Below are positions 9,153 to 18,475 of a DNA stretch of 64,000 bases, one piece after another. The notes beneath the pieces are model-generated. The model was not told the origin of the DNA and did no database searches. It saw nothing but the letters and a program-made list of their open reading frames with translations. The position numbers and the translations under genes were made by a program. The first letter of the stretch is position 1, and each line of letters begins with the position of its first letter. Source of the stretch: Peptococcaceae bacterium BICA1-8 (GTDB lineage: Bacteria; Bacillota; Peptococcia; Peptococcales; BICA1-8). The stretch covers positions 3,823-67,822 of the forward strand of contig JUEF01000018.1 of NCBI GenBank assembly GCA_000802045.1, read 5' to 3'.

Positions 9153-9902
9153 ATGTATGAAAAAATTAGATTTTTGCCTTCCGGTGATTGTAATTTAATA
9201 ATGGAGTTTGGAAAAGAAATTAATCCTCAGATTAATAATCAAATCCGGAAAATTATTAATTTGTTGGAGAAGGATAGAATTCATGGGTTGATAGAATGGA
9301 TACCTACTTATCGCTCTATTCTTTTCACCTATAATCCTAGTATTGTTTCTTTTAATAGTATTATTGAGTTTTTACAGGAATTAGAAAATATTAAAGATGA
9401 GATAAGTTTTTCACCTCCTCTTGTTACTGAAATTCCTACTGTATATGGGGGAGAGTACGGACCTGATCTTACTTACGTTGCCCAGCATAACGGTCTTTCA
9501 ATAGAGGATGTAATTGCTATTCACAGTGGAACCGATTATTTAATATATATGTTAGGTTTTACTCCAGGCTTTCCTTACCTTGGCGGTATGTCGGAAAAAA
9601 TTGCGACACCTAGATTAGAGTCTCCGAGGGAGAAAATAACTGGAGGCAGTGTAGGGATAGCTGCCAATCAGACCGGGATATATCCCATTGGCAGTCCGGG
9701 TGGATGGCAGTTGATTGGTAAAACTCCTGTTAGGCTGTTTGATCCTCAGTTGGAAGAGCCATTCCTATTAAAGGCTGGGGATTATCTTAGATTTGTGCCG
9801 GTAAATATAGAGGAGTATACAGAAATATGCGAGAAACTGGTGACAGGTGAATACCGGGTCAAGAGATATCCTCAACAAAGAGATGGTGAACGGCTTGGAT
9901 AA
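9153..9902 (+). CDS. pxpB: 5-oxoprolinase subunit B (KipI family)
   Basis: GFTPGFPYLGG, GSVGIA, SPGGWQLIGKTP; ATG at 9153 follows RBS GAGGTGA. Confidence 0.93.
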   Translation: MYEKIRFLPSGDCNLIMEFGKEINPQINNQIRKIINLLEKDRIHGLIEWIPTYRSILFTYNPSIVSFNSIIEFLQELENIKDEISFSPPLVTEIPTVYGGEYGPDLTYVAQHNGLSIEDVIAIHSGTDYLIYMLGFTPGFPYLGGMSEKIATPRLESPREKITGGSVGIAANQTGIYPIGSPGGWQLIGKTPVRLFDPQLEEPFLLKAGDYLRFVPVNIEEYTEICEKLVTGEYRVKRYPQQRDGERLG

Positions 9903-10860
9903 AAAAATTATTATAGAGAATCCAGGAATGCTTACTACGGTACAAGATAAAGGCCGCTTTGGTTTTCAAAGGTTTGGCATGCCAGTGGCAGGTGCTATGG
10001 ATGCTTTCGCAATGCAGACAGCTAATGTTATAGTGGGTAATAATAGGAATGAGGCAGTAATAGAAATCACTTTTCCGGGGTTTGCTTTAACGTTTTCAGG
10101 TAAAGGATACGCGGGAATAACCGGTGCTGATTTAGGAGCAAGCTTAAATGGCAGAGAAATCAAACCTTGGCAGTCCTTCGAATTTAGAACAGGAGATCGA
10201 TTGGTATTTGCATCCCTTAAGAAGGGCTCCAGAGCCTATCTAGCTATAGTGGGGGGAATAGATGTACCTCTAGTTATGGGCAGCAGATCCACTTATCTTA
10301 GGGGAAAAATCGGAGGTTTTGAGGGGAGAAAGCTTCTTAAAGGGGATATATTGTTATGTGGTAAAACAGAACAATATAGAGCTTTGGGAACCATTTCTTT
10401 GCCAGAAGAGTTTATTCCGGACTATGGAAAAAGGGAAGTTCGAGTAGTATTAGGACCCCAGGATGATTGTTTCACTAAGGAAGAGATAGATAAATTTTTA
10501 TCTTCTACTTATAAGGTTACAAATCAGAATGATAGGATGGGCTATAGACTTGAGGGGCCTCTTATAAAACACAGCATGGGGCCAGATATAATTTCTGACG
10601 GGATTGCTCCGGGTGCAATACAAATTCCTGGTCATGGACAGCCTATTATTATGTTAGCAGATCGCCAAACAACAGGTGGCTATACGAAGCTTGCTAATGT
10701 AATTTCAGTTGATCTTTCATTGATCGCCCAATTAATGTATGGGGACAGTGTAAAGTTTAAAAAGGTAAGCTTGGAAGAGGCGCAAAGACTTTATATTGAA
10801 CAAGAAGGTTGTCTGCTAAAAATGATAAAATATGTGGAAGATGAATTTAGAAAAATATAA
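9883..10860 (+). CDS. pxpC: 5-oxoprolinase subunit C (KipA family)
   Basis: TTVQDKGRFG, DRMGYRL, GAIQIPGHGQPIIMLADRQTTGGYTK; start approximate. Confidence 0.93.
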   Translation: MVNGLDKKIIIENPGMLTTVQDKGRFGFQRFGMPVAGAMDAFAMQTANVIVGNNRNEAVIEITFPGFALTFSGKGYAGITGADLGASLNGREIKPWQSFEFRTGDRLVFASLKKGSRAYLAIVGGIDVPLVMGSRSTYLRGKIGGFEGRKLLKGDILLCGKTEQYRALGTISLPEEFIPDYGKREVRVVLGPQDDCFTKEEIDKFLSSTYKVTNQNDRMGYRLEGPLIKHSMGPDIISDGIAPGAIQIPGHGQPIIMLADRQTTGGYTKLANVISVDLSLIAQLMYGDSVKFKKVSLEEAQRLYIEQEGCLLKMIKYVEDEFRKI

Positions 10861-10960
10861 AGATTATTACGTTCTTGGCTTAATAATGAATACTTTCCAA
10901 ACCCTACAAGCCGTGTGTGAGCTAATTTCACTCGGCTTTCTGTTTGTCTAAATCCCTTTT

Positions 10961-11159
10961 ATGTACCGGAAGACCGGACATGCCGAAACAGTGCATGTCC
11001 GTTATGATCCCGAGAGAGTAAAGTTGGAATCTCTGCTGGATAATATTTTTGACTGATACCAGCAGTGGCATGTACCGTATTGAAGCCAGAAGTAGAGTAG
11101 AGGATTCTCATTTGGGCCATGTATTTACCGACGGGCCTATGGAAAGTGGATTATATTAG
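10961..11159 (+). pseudogene. Collapsed msrA/msrB (methionine sulfoxide reductase) relic
   Basis: 10961-11056 reads [31 protein letters not shown] (MsrA-like TGHAE-V-V-YDP). In a shifted frame, 11055-11159 reads [34 protein letters not shown] (MsrB-like [18 protein letters not shown]). Confidence 0.8.
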
Positions 11160-11387
11160 TTTAAAGGGATATAATTTAATCATAGAGCTATCAGATGACT
11201 CCGGTATGTATCGGGGTCATTCTATTTTGATCCCATTAATAGAATTTAACCCTAGCAATTTAGGTTATAGTGGAGATTTTTAGAATAAACGCCATCAATC
11301 CCCTTGCAACTTTTCTATACTAAACAAGTCTAATGGTATGTAAGGAATTCCTAAACACAAATTAAAAACAACATGGAGGAATGATGA

Positions 11388-12515
11388 ATGAAAAAAATCT
11401 CTAAAATCAGTGCCGTAGTAATTATTTTTGCGCTCTTTTTGCCAATTTTGTTGGCACCAATTCAAGCTCAGGCGGCAGTACAAAAGGACCAACTACAATA
11501 TTTCCTTTTTTACAACCAAAAGACAAATGAAGCTCAATTTTTGGTTACTAATCCAACCAAAAATACGGTAAATCTTCAGTTTCCTTCTGGAAAAGACTTT
11601 GACCTGGAAATTAAGAAAAATAACCAGGTAATTTGGAAGGCCTCAGAGGGGAAAATTTATACCCTGGCATTAAGAAATGAAAAACTCCAGCCAGGTCAAG
11701 CTAAATTCTTTAAAATAGAACTACCTAAATTAACCAATGGAAAATATGATTTGCATGCATATTTCGAAGGTAGCCCAACAAGAAGCAATCCAGCTGCTAG
11801 TCTAAATATTACTGTTAGTAATGGCATTGAAGACCCTCTTAAGTACAGTCTCTGGTATGATAAGGATGCTAATAAAGCATATTTGCTGCTGCAAAATACC
11901 GGCGTAAACTATACAAAATTATCTTTCTCCAATGCTAAAGAATTTGATTTTCAATTAGCAAATAATAAAGGTGAAAGTGTCTGGAAATATTCCGATGGTA
12001 AGTTTTACGGTCAAGCTTTGAAAACGGAATGGCTTGCACCTGGAAAAACCAAGCTTTATTCAGCAGAGCTTCCTAAGAAATTTTCTGGAAAGTATACATT
12101 AAAAGCATATTTTAATGGTTTAAATGGCATAGAACTTCCAGCAGCTTCTATTAAAGTAAGCCTAGATAATAAAATTGCAAAGAATAGATTGAGTTTCAGT
12201 GCTTGGTATAGTACCCAAACCAAACCCAAAATAGTGTTCTCAGCAGAAAATACTTCAAATCAAGTAATGAAATTCCAGCTTCCGACTAGCCAAATTGTTG
12301 ATGTTATTATTAGAGGAGATAACGGCTACGTTTGGAAGTTCTCAGAGGGCATTAAATTTGTACAATCTGCTTATACGAGGGAACTTTACCCAAACAGTCC
12401 GTATTATAGTTTCATTTATCCACCCGAGCTTCCAAAAGGAAATTACAAAGTAGAAGTATATTACCTTGGATATTCTAAAACAGTTCCTGCCGTAAAAACT
12501 AACTTTTCCATTTAA
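11388..12515 (+). CDS. Secreted protein with three tandem BsuPI (intracellular proteinase inhibitor-like) domains
   Basis: Sec signal (…AQAA); three repeats of N-x5-L-x-F-x-S/N-x3-D-x-x-I/L…W-K-x-S-E/D-G-x-x-Y/F-x-Q/L-A-x5-L-x-P. Confidence 0.75.
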   Translation: MKKISKISAVVIIFALFLPILLAPIQAQAAVQKDQLQYFLFYNQKTNEAQFLVTNPTKNTVNLQFPSGKDFDLEIKKNNQVIWKASEGKIYTLALRNEKLQPGQAKFFKIELPKLTNGKYDLHAYFEGSPTRSNPAASLNITVSNGIEDPLKYSLWYDKDANKAYLLLQNTGVNYTKLSFSNAKEFDFQLANNKGESVWKYSDGKFYGQALKTEWLAPGKTKLYSAELPKKFSGKYTLKAYFNGLNGIELPAASIKVSLDNKIAKNRLSFSAWYSTQTKPKIVFSAENTSNQVMKFQLPTSQIVDVIIRGDNGYVWKFSEGIKFVQSAYTRELYPNSPYYSFIYPPELPKGNYKVEVYYLGYSKTVPAVKTNFSI

Positions 12516-12556
12516 AGATAAAGAACCCGATCCTCCGATCGGGTTCTTTATCTTTA
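12513..12556. terminator. Bidirectional terminator between convergent BsuPI protein and mnmH
   Basis: 20-bp perfect stem TAAAGATAAAGAACCCGATC-CTCC-GATCGGGTTCTTTATCTTTA. Confidence 0.75.
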
Positions 12557-12581
12557 GCTAGTGTAATAGGGGGCTATGTTC

Positions 12582-13688
12582 TTAAAACCTTCCGCTGTAA
12601 AAGGTTTTAAAGTACCCTAAAACTTCATCTGTATTACCTCTAAATAAGATTATCTTAGATTTTTTTTGTATTTGATATTCATACATCGGATCATAATATT
12701 CTTTTAGAAGTATTTCAATCCAGTTTTTGTGCAAACAATTGCTTCCTGAAAGCACTTGTTCTTTATAGGCAAGCTCAAATGAAGCCATAATGCGTTTGTA
12801 AAGATCGCCTCCGAGCCGTTTTTTTACTCTGTTTATACTATCGCTTATATAGTTATACCACTCAAGTAGCCCTTGATCTTCACCGAATAATTCAAGATAA
12901 TAAGCTTGTGATTCAACCACATATTCATCCATAGTAATATTGACACGTTCCTCAACAGGCAGCTCTATAAGTACGAAAAGGCCGCTGTTAAAATATTCAA
13001 ACAAAGGTTGGGGAATAAAACATCTACCTATATTTGGACTTTCATCTTCCAGTATCATATAACGATAAGCTTGATGTTTATGCTGAATAAGGGCATAGGC
13101 AAGGTTATTTTCAAAGTTTATTTGAGTAGGCTGTGGTGTAACATACCTACCAAAAGACGAACCTCGATGGTGAGCAATACCTTCAAGATCGATTGAATTC
13201 TCAAGGTTTTTCAATAATAGTGTTTTACCAGAACCTGTGTTACCTCCAAGTAAAATCGGTGTACTATTTTGCTCTGAAGGGCTGAGTTTACTTATAAGAT
13301 AGTTTCGAAAAGCCTTATAGCCACCCTCCAGTCGAGTAACTTCTTTTCCAGTTGCCGCATAAATCCACTCTTGGCTTATACTAGAGCGCATACCACCTCT
13401 AAAGCAGTAGAGCATGCTATTAGGATGCTTGTTAAGGTGCGAGGTCCAGGCGTCAACTCGTGCTTGACGCTTTTCACCAGATACTAAATGATGCCCTAAT
13501 TTGACGGCTTCTTCATTTCCATTTTCTTTATATTGGATTCCTACTAAGTGTCTTTCGTCATCATTCATTAGTGGTAAATTGATGGCATTTAAAAAGGTAC
13601 CTTTCTTAAATTCGATTGGTGCACGGACATCTATAAGTGGTATTTCTTGGATAACAATTCTTTCAAAATCATTGCTTGTACTAGTCAT
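12582..13688 (-). CDS. mnmH: tRNA 2-selenouridine(34) synthase
   Basis: Rhodanese domain (LIDVRAPIEF, YCFRGGMRS) plus P-loop GNTGSGKT, IDLEGIAHHRGSSFG; next to selD. Confidence 0.95.
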   Translation of the reverse strand: MTSTSNDFERIVIQEIPLIDVRAPIEFKKGTFLNAINLPLMNDDERHLVGIQYKENGNEEAVKLGHHLVSGEKRQARVDAWTSHLNKHPNSMLYCFRGGMRSSISQEWIYAATGKEVTRLEGGYKAFRNYLISKLSPSEQNSTPILLGGNTGSGKTLLLKNLENSIDLEGIAHHRGSSFGRYVTPQPTQINFENNLAYALIQHKHQAYRYMILEDESPNIGRCFIPQPLFEYFNSGLFVLIELPVEERVNITMDEYVVESQAYYLELFGEDQGLLEWYNYISDSINRVKKRLGGDLYKRIMASFELAYKEQVLSGSNCLHKNWIEILLKEYYDPMYEYQIQKKSKIILFRGNTDEVLGYFKTFYSGRF

Positions 13689-13733
13689 AACATTTTACAC
13701 TTCCATCTTTTGATAATTTACAAACTGCACTTT

Positions 13734-13763
13734 TTTTCTGTAGCACTGTAGCACTGTAGAACT
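13734..13763. repeat. Dispersed octamer tandem repeat (CTGTAGCA)n, copy 1
   Basis: TTTTCTGTAGCACTGTAGCACTGTAGAACT; near-identical copy at 56550-56579. Confidence 0.7.
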
Positions 13764-13769
13764 GAATTA

Positions 13770-14810
13770 TTATATTACCTTGATTAACTTCTCACTAGGT
13801 TCACAGGTTTGGCCAATAGACTCTAATGATAAACTAGCGCTAGTTGTTATTTTTAAGAATTCCGGGACATTCTCTTTTTTGACTATGGCGAGTAGTCCAC
13901 CAGAGGTTTGCGGATCACACAAAATGAATTTTTGTTCTTCGGTCATTTTTTCAATGGTGTGTCCATAGCTATTAAAGTTATTTATTGTTCCTCCTGGTAC
14001 ACAATCCATTGCAAGATATTTTTTTGTATTTGGTAATAATGGAACACGGTCATATTTAATGATAGCTGAAATACCACTACCTTTACAAATCTCACCTAAA
14101 TGACCAAGTAATCCAAACCCTGTAACATCAGTTAAAGCAACAACACCGTTTAACACTGAGAGCTTTGCACCGATTTTGTTAAGGGTACACATGGTTTCAA
14201 TTGCAATATCTATGTGTTTAGGCTGGATTTTTTTCCTTTTTTGTGCAGTCGTTAATATACCAATACCGAGGGGTTTGGTTAGAAATATTTCGCAGCCAGC
14301 AATAGCTGTGTTGTTTTGTTTTAGCTGTTCATTATTAACAATGCCAGTAACTGCCAGTCCAAAGATTGGCTCTGGTGAATCAATTGAGTGTCCACCTGCA
14401 AGAGGAATACCGGCGGCATCACATACTGTACGACCCCCATCGATAACCTGTCTAGCTACATCTGCAGAAAGAACATTAATTGGCCACCCTAATATTGCAA
14501 TAGCCATAAGTGGTTTACCACCCATTGCATAAATATCACTAAGGGCGTTTGTCGCAGCAATCTTACCAAAGGTGAAGGGATCATCTACGATGGGCATAAA
14601 AAAATCGGTGGTACTAAGAACGGAGGTTCCATTTCCCAGATCATAGGCAGCTGCATCATCGTTACTGCTGTTTCCAACAAGTAGTTCTGGATAAGTGATT
14701 GATTTATGTGTTGTTGTTAATATTGACTCTAAAATAGCTGGAGAAATTTTGCAGCCACAACCAGCACCATGGCTGTATTCTGTTAATCTAACATTTTCCA
14801 TAAACGACAT
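13770..14810 (-). CDS. selD: Selenide, water dikinase (Cys-type)
   Basis: [57 protein letters not shown]; no UGA-Sec. Confidence 0.97.
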   Translation of the reverse strand: MSFMENVRLTEYSHGAGCGCKISPAILESILTTTHKSITYPELLVGNSSNDDAAAYDLGNGTSVLSTTDFFMPIVDDPFTFGKIAATNALSDIYAMGGKPLMAIAILGWPINVLSADVARQVIDGGRTVCDAAGIPLAGGHSIDSPEPIFGLAVTGIVNNEQLKQNNTAIAGCEIFLTKPLGIGILTTAQKRKKIQPKHIDIAIETMCTLNKIGAKLSVLNGVVALTDVTGFGLLGHLGEICKGSGISAIIKYDRVPLLPNTKKYLAMDCVPGGTINNFNSYGHTIEKMTEEQKFILCDPQTSGGLLAIVKKENVPEFLKITTSASLSLESIGQTCEPSEKLIKVI

Positions 14811-14973
14811 CCTTTTTATTTAGAATAACTACTATCCAACTATTATAATACAATTATATCTCAAAATATATAAAGCCCGGTAAAGGAGGTAGAAAACACG
14901 TTTCTATTCATTAATTCCTATTTATTTTGTATAATAGCTTATAGGTAAATTTTTGCATTTTGGAGGGAAGTAA

Positions 14974-15624
14974 ATGGGGAATATTGAGCTTAAAGAACTA
15001 GCGAGAAACAACCTCCGAGGTAATTGGCCTACTGCAATTATTGTATGGCTGTTAGCTTGGTTTTTGACAGATGCTCTTACTGGTAATGGCGGGAGAGAGG
15101 CAGCTGATTATGTATGGCAAAATGGTGAACTCATAAAAGCAGACAACGGCTCGAATTCATTTGGAGGATTGGTGAGTTTTATTATTGGAGGACCAATAAA
15201 CTTTGGTCTGGCAGCTTTTTTCCTGAAGTTAGCAAGAACGGAACAAATTGCATTTGCAGATCTATTTAGTGGCTTTAAATATTTCTTTAATAATTTCATT
15301 CTGAACCTTTTAATTATTATTTTTGCATTTTTATGGTTCTTACTTTTAATTATTCCTGGTTTTATCGCCTTGCTTAAATATTCTATGGCATTTTATATTA
15401 TGCATGATAACCCGGAAATTCGTCCTATTGAAGCTATATCAAAAAGTAAGGAAATGATGGATGGAAATAAATTAAGGCTACTTTCTCTTTGGTTTAGTTT
15501 TTTAGGCTGGTTTATTTTAGGTATTTTTACTTTAGGATTAGGATTTTTATATGCTATGCCTTATTATCATGCAGCAAGAGCAAATTTTTATGAAGATATT
15601 AAATGGCAATCTAGTTCTTTATAA
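14974..15624 (+). CDS. DUF975-family membrane protein
   Basis: ELKELARNNLRGNW start, YSMAFYI, AISKSKEMMDGNKLRL, PYYHAARANFYE. Confidence 0.85.
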   Translation: MGNIELKELARNNLRGNWPTAIIVWLLAWFLTDALTGNGGREAADYVWQNGELIKADNGSNSFGGLVSFIIGGPINFGLAAFFLKLARTEQIAFADLFSGFKYFFNNFILNLLIIIFAFLWFLLLIIPGFIALLKYSMAFYIMHDNPEIRPIEAISKSKEMMDGNKLRLLSLWFSFLGWFILGIFTLGLGFLYAMPYYHAARANFYEDIKWQSSSL

Positions 15625-15714
15625 AGGTGTAATAATAATTACCAAAAGAGAGCACCAGCTTGGTTTAATACCAATCGGGTACTCTCTTTTTAATTCAAGA
15701 CAAAGAAAATTCAA

Positions 15715-15963
15715 CTAAAAAATTTTGTTAATTCCGTCTTGCGTAATTTTATTTGAACCTTTTGGAATATAAGATTTACAACATGTTTCCATACAGCTTC
15801 CTGCAGATTGAGCAGTAAGTTGATTTGACATACTTGCATCAACGTTTTCAGGCTGATTTGCACCAAACTTATCAGTAGTTACCAGAATTTCATTTGCTAC
15901 ACAAAGATTTCCTTGTTTCCAATAGTGACAGTCATTGACTATACAATGTATATGTTGACTCAT
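15715..15963 (-). CDS. DUF1540-family small Cys-rich protein
   Basis: IHCIVNDCHYW...CVANEILV...ETCCKSY pattern. Confidence 0.75.
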   Translation of the reverse strand: MSQHIHCIVNDCHYWKQGNLCVANEILVTTDKFGANQPENVDASMSNQLTAQSAGSCMETCCKSYIPKGSNKITQDGINKIF

Positions 15964-16102
15964 TTTATTAACTTTTCCCCCTTCTTTTTTTCTTATTTTT
16001 TCACCGTGTTTTCTTTTTTATACACAAGCATTCTAATAATATAAAAGTCATTTCTGCAAATATTACTAGTAATAAAAAATATATATGAAAGGTGAATAAA
16101 TA

Positions 16103-17008
16103 ATGGAAGTGAGCTATGAACCAAATTATCTTAAACTTAAAAATATATTATTAAAGGAGAAGGTAATAAAAGCAAAAAAACATTTAACAGAATGTAATTT
16201 ATGCCCTCATATGTGTGGAATTAATAGACAAAAGGTCCTTGGGGTTTGTCGTGCAACAGATAGAGTAGTAGTATCCAGTTTTGGACCTCATTTTGGTGAA
16301 GAAGCACCTTTAGTCGGAAAAAATGGATCTGGTACCATCTTTTTTGGTTACTGTAATATGCAATGTGTTTTTTGTCAAAACTGTGAACTGAGCTTTGGTG
16401 GAGAAGGAGAAGTAATTACTAATGAAGATTTAGCTCAAGTCATGCTAAAACTCCAAAAGTATCGGTGTCATAATATTAACTTTGTTACTCCTACCCATTT
16501 TGTACCAAATATTTTAGAAGCATTATTAATTGCAGTGGAGAAGGGATTAAGATTACCTTTAGTATATAATTGTGGCGGTTATGAGAAAATCGAAACACTA
16601 TATCTTTTAGAAGGTGTAATTGATATTTATATGCCGGATTTCAAATATCATCTTGCTGAGCTAGGACAAAAATATTCAAAAGTAAAAGATTATCCTGATA
16701 AGGTAAAAAAAGCTTTAAAAGAAATGGATCGCCAGGTCGGAGGACTGAAATTAGATGAAAAAGGAATAGCTTATCGAGGATTGCTCATAAGACATTTAAT
16801 GATGCCGGGGGGCCTTGAAGATACTAAAGGGGTGTTAACATTTATAAAAAAGGAGCTATCACCAGATTGTCTGGTTAACTTGATGGATCAATATTCCCCT
16901 TCCCATCAGGCTTATAAATATGAGGAAATATCACGAAGACTAAGCACTAATGAATATAAAGATGGACTTCTCTTTGCAAAAGCTTTGGGGTTGCGACTGG
17001 TCGATTAG
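16103..17008 (+). CDS. Radical SAM protein, PflX-like (glycyl-radical activase-like)
   Basis: CNLCPHMCGINR, HFGEE-PLVG-NGSGTIFF-YCNMQCVFCQN, HNINFVTPTH, IDIYMPDFKY, RHLMMPG. Confidence 0.85.
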   Translation: MEVSYEPNYLKLKNILLKEKVIKAKKHLTECNLCPHMCGINRQKVLGVCRATDRVVVSSFGPHFGEEAPLVGKNGSGTIFFGYCNMQCVFCQNCELSFGGEGEVITNEDLAQVMLKLQKYRCHNINFVTPTHFVPNILEALLIAVEKGLRLPLVYNCGGYEKIETLYLLEGVIDIYMPDFKYHLAELGQKYSKVKDYPDKVKKALKEMDRQVGGLKLDEKGIAYRGLLIRHLMMPGGLEDTKGVLTFIKKELSPDCLVNLMDQYSPSHQAYKYEEISRRLSTNEYKDGLLFAKALGLRLVD

Positions 17009-17145
17009 TATAAATGGTCTACAGATTTTTTTCTAAGAAAAGAAGGGATTTAAATATTAGTAGTGAAAAATAAAAGGGTAAAATAAATATAAAATAATGA
17101 AATTTTTTTGTGACATTTTAAAAGTGGAAGGATGGGGTTTGTATA

Positions 17146-18048
17146 ATGACGGGTAATATCTCAAAAGTATTTCTTGTGTCAACCGATAATCGGGTAGAAG
17201 GTACCCGCCGAGCCTTAGAAATGGTTGAAGGGCTTGATTTTAAAGATAAAAAGGTCATAGTTAAGCCTAATTTTAACACCGCTGATGCCACACCTGCTTC
17301 AACTCATAATGATACCTTAGTAGCAATTTTTAACTGGCTTAAGGAAAAAGAAGCAAAGGAATTGACTTTAGCGGAGCGTAGTGGACCACCTCTTACCGTG
17401 GATGTTTTAAAGGAAAAGGGCATCTATAAATTACAAAACCAATTAGGCTTCAATATAATTAATTTTGATGAATTAACCGAAGAGGATTATATACATTTTA
17501 ATCAAGAAGGGCTGCACTGGAAAAACGGTTTTATTATACCCAAGGTGATTAAAGAAGCTGAAGCTATAGTAAATACCTGCTGTTTAAAGACCCATGGGTT
17601 TGGAGGAGTAATCAGTATGAGTCTTAAACTAGCAGTTGGTTTAGTCCCGCGCCGGGGATTTCCCTATATGCCGGAGCTCCATAAGTCTTTTCAGATGGGA
17701 GAAATGATTGCAGAAATTAATGTTGCTTTTACACCCGACGTAACTTTAATGGATGGAGTGGAAGCCTTTACCGCTGGCGGTCCTGCCACAGGTTGCGTTA
17801 AACAAGCCAAGGTTATTCTAGCTAGTAAAGATAGAGTGGCTCTGGATGTTGTAGGACTGGCGGTTTTGAAGAAAATGGGTTCAAATAATTTAATTATGAA
17901 TACCCCGATTTTTGCACAAGACCAGATTAGAAGGGCTGTGGAATTAGGACTGGGTGCAGGCTCAATCGATGAAGTCGAATTTGTTACTGAAGATATAAAA
18001 AGTAAAAAGTATGCCGAGGAGTTAAAAGAAATATTAAATAAAGGTTAA
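17146..18048 (+). CDS. DUF362 domain-containing (putative Fe-S) protein
   Basis: VIVKPNFN, LKTHGFGG-ISMSLKL-VG, ILASKDRVALDVVG. Confidence 0.8.
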   Translation: MTGNISKVFLVSTDNRVEGTRRALEMVEGLDFKDKKVIVKPNFNTADATPASTHNDTLVAIFNWLKEKEAKELTLAERSGPPLTVDVLKEKGIYKLQNQLGFNIINFDELTEEDYIHFNQEGLHWKNGFIIPKVIKEAEAIVNTCCLKTHGFGGVISMSLKLAVGLVPRRGFPYMPELHKSFQMGEMIAEINVAFTPDVTLMDGVEAFTAGGPATGCVKQAKVILASKDRVALDVVGLAVLKKMGSNNLIMNTPIFAQDQIRRAVELGLGAGSIDEVEFVTEDIKSKKYAEELKEILNKG

Positions 18049-18475
18049 ATAAATGATTAAAAAGCAGATTAGAGTCAAGCCCTGTGAGGTTTTACAGATT
18101 AATTTCTGTTACTTCATGGGGCATTTTTTTTGCTGTATATACTTCCTGCAATGGTAATATTTTTGCATTTGAATAGGAAATTACCAGATATCATGCAATC
18201 TTACATAGGGGAAATACTGTTAAAAGAAGAATGATTTTTAACAAGTTCAGAAAAAGAAGGCAAATAATGGGGTTTGATTTATCAGAATTTTTAATCTAGT
18301 CTGATTGTTCGGCCTAATTTTTAATAGCTAAAGGAGGGGATTATTTAAGGAACTTAGCTGTACTAAAAGCGGATGGCTGATTAATTGGCTTATCTGCGGA
18401 GATGCAGCTTCCAGCTAAGAACTTTACAAGCAGTTCAAAAGCTAACATCTGCGTTTGAGAAAGGAGAGGTAACAG

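Noticed and set aside
13770-14810. Selenocysteine recoding in selD
   Set aside because: The active-site motif is encoded as Cys (GAGCGCK) with no in-frame TGA.
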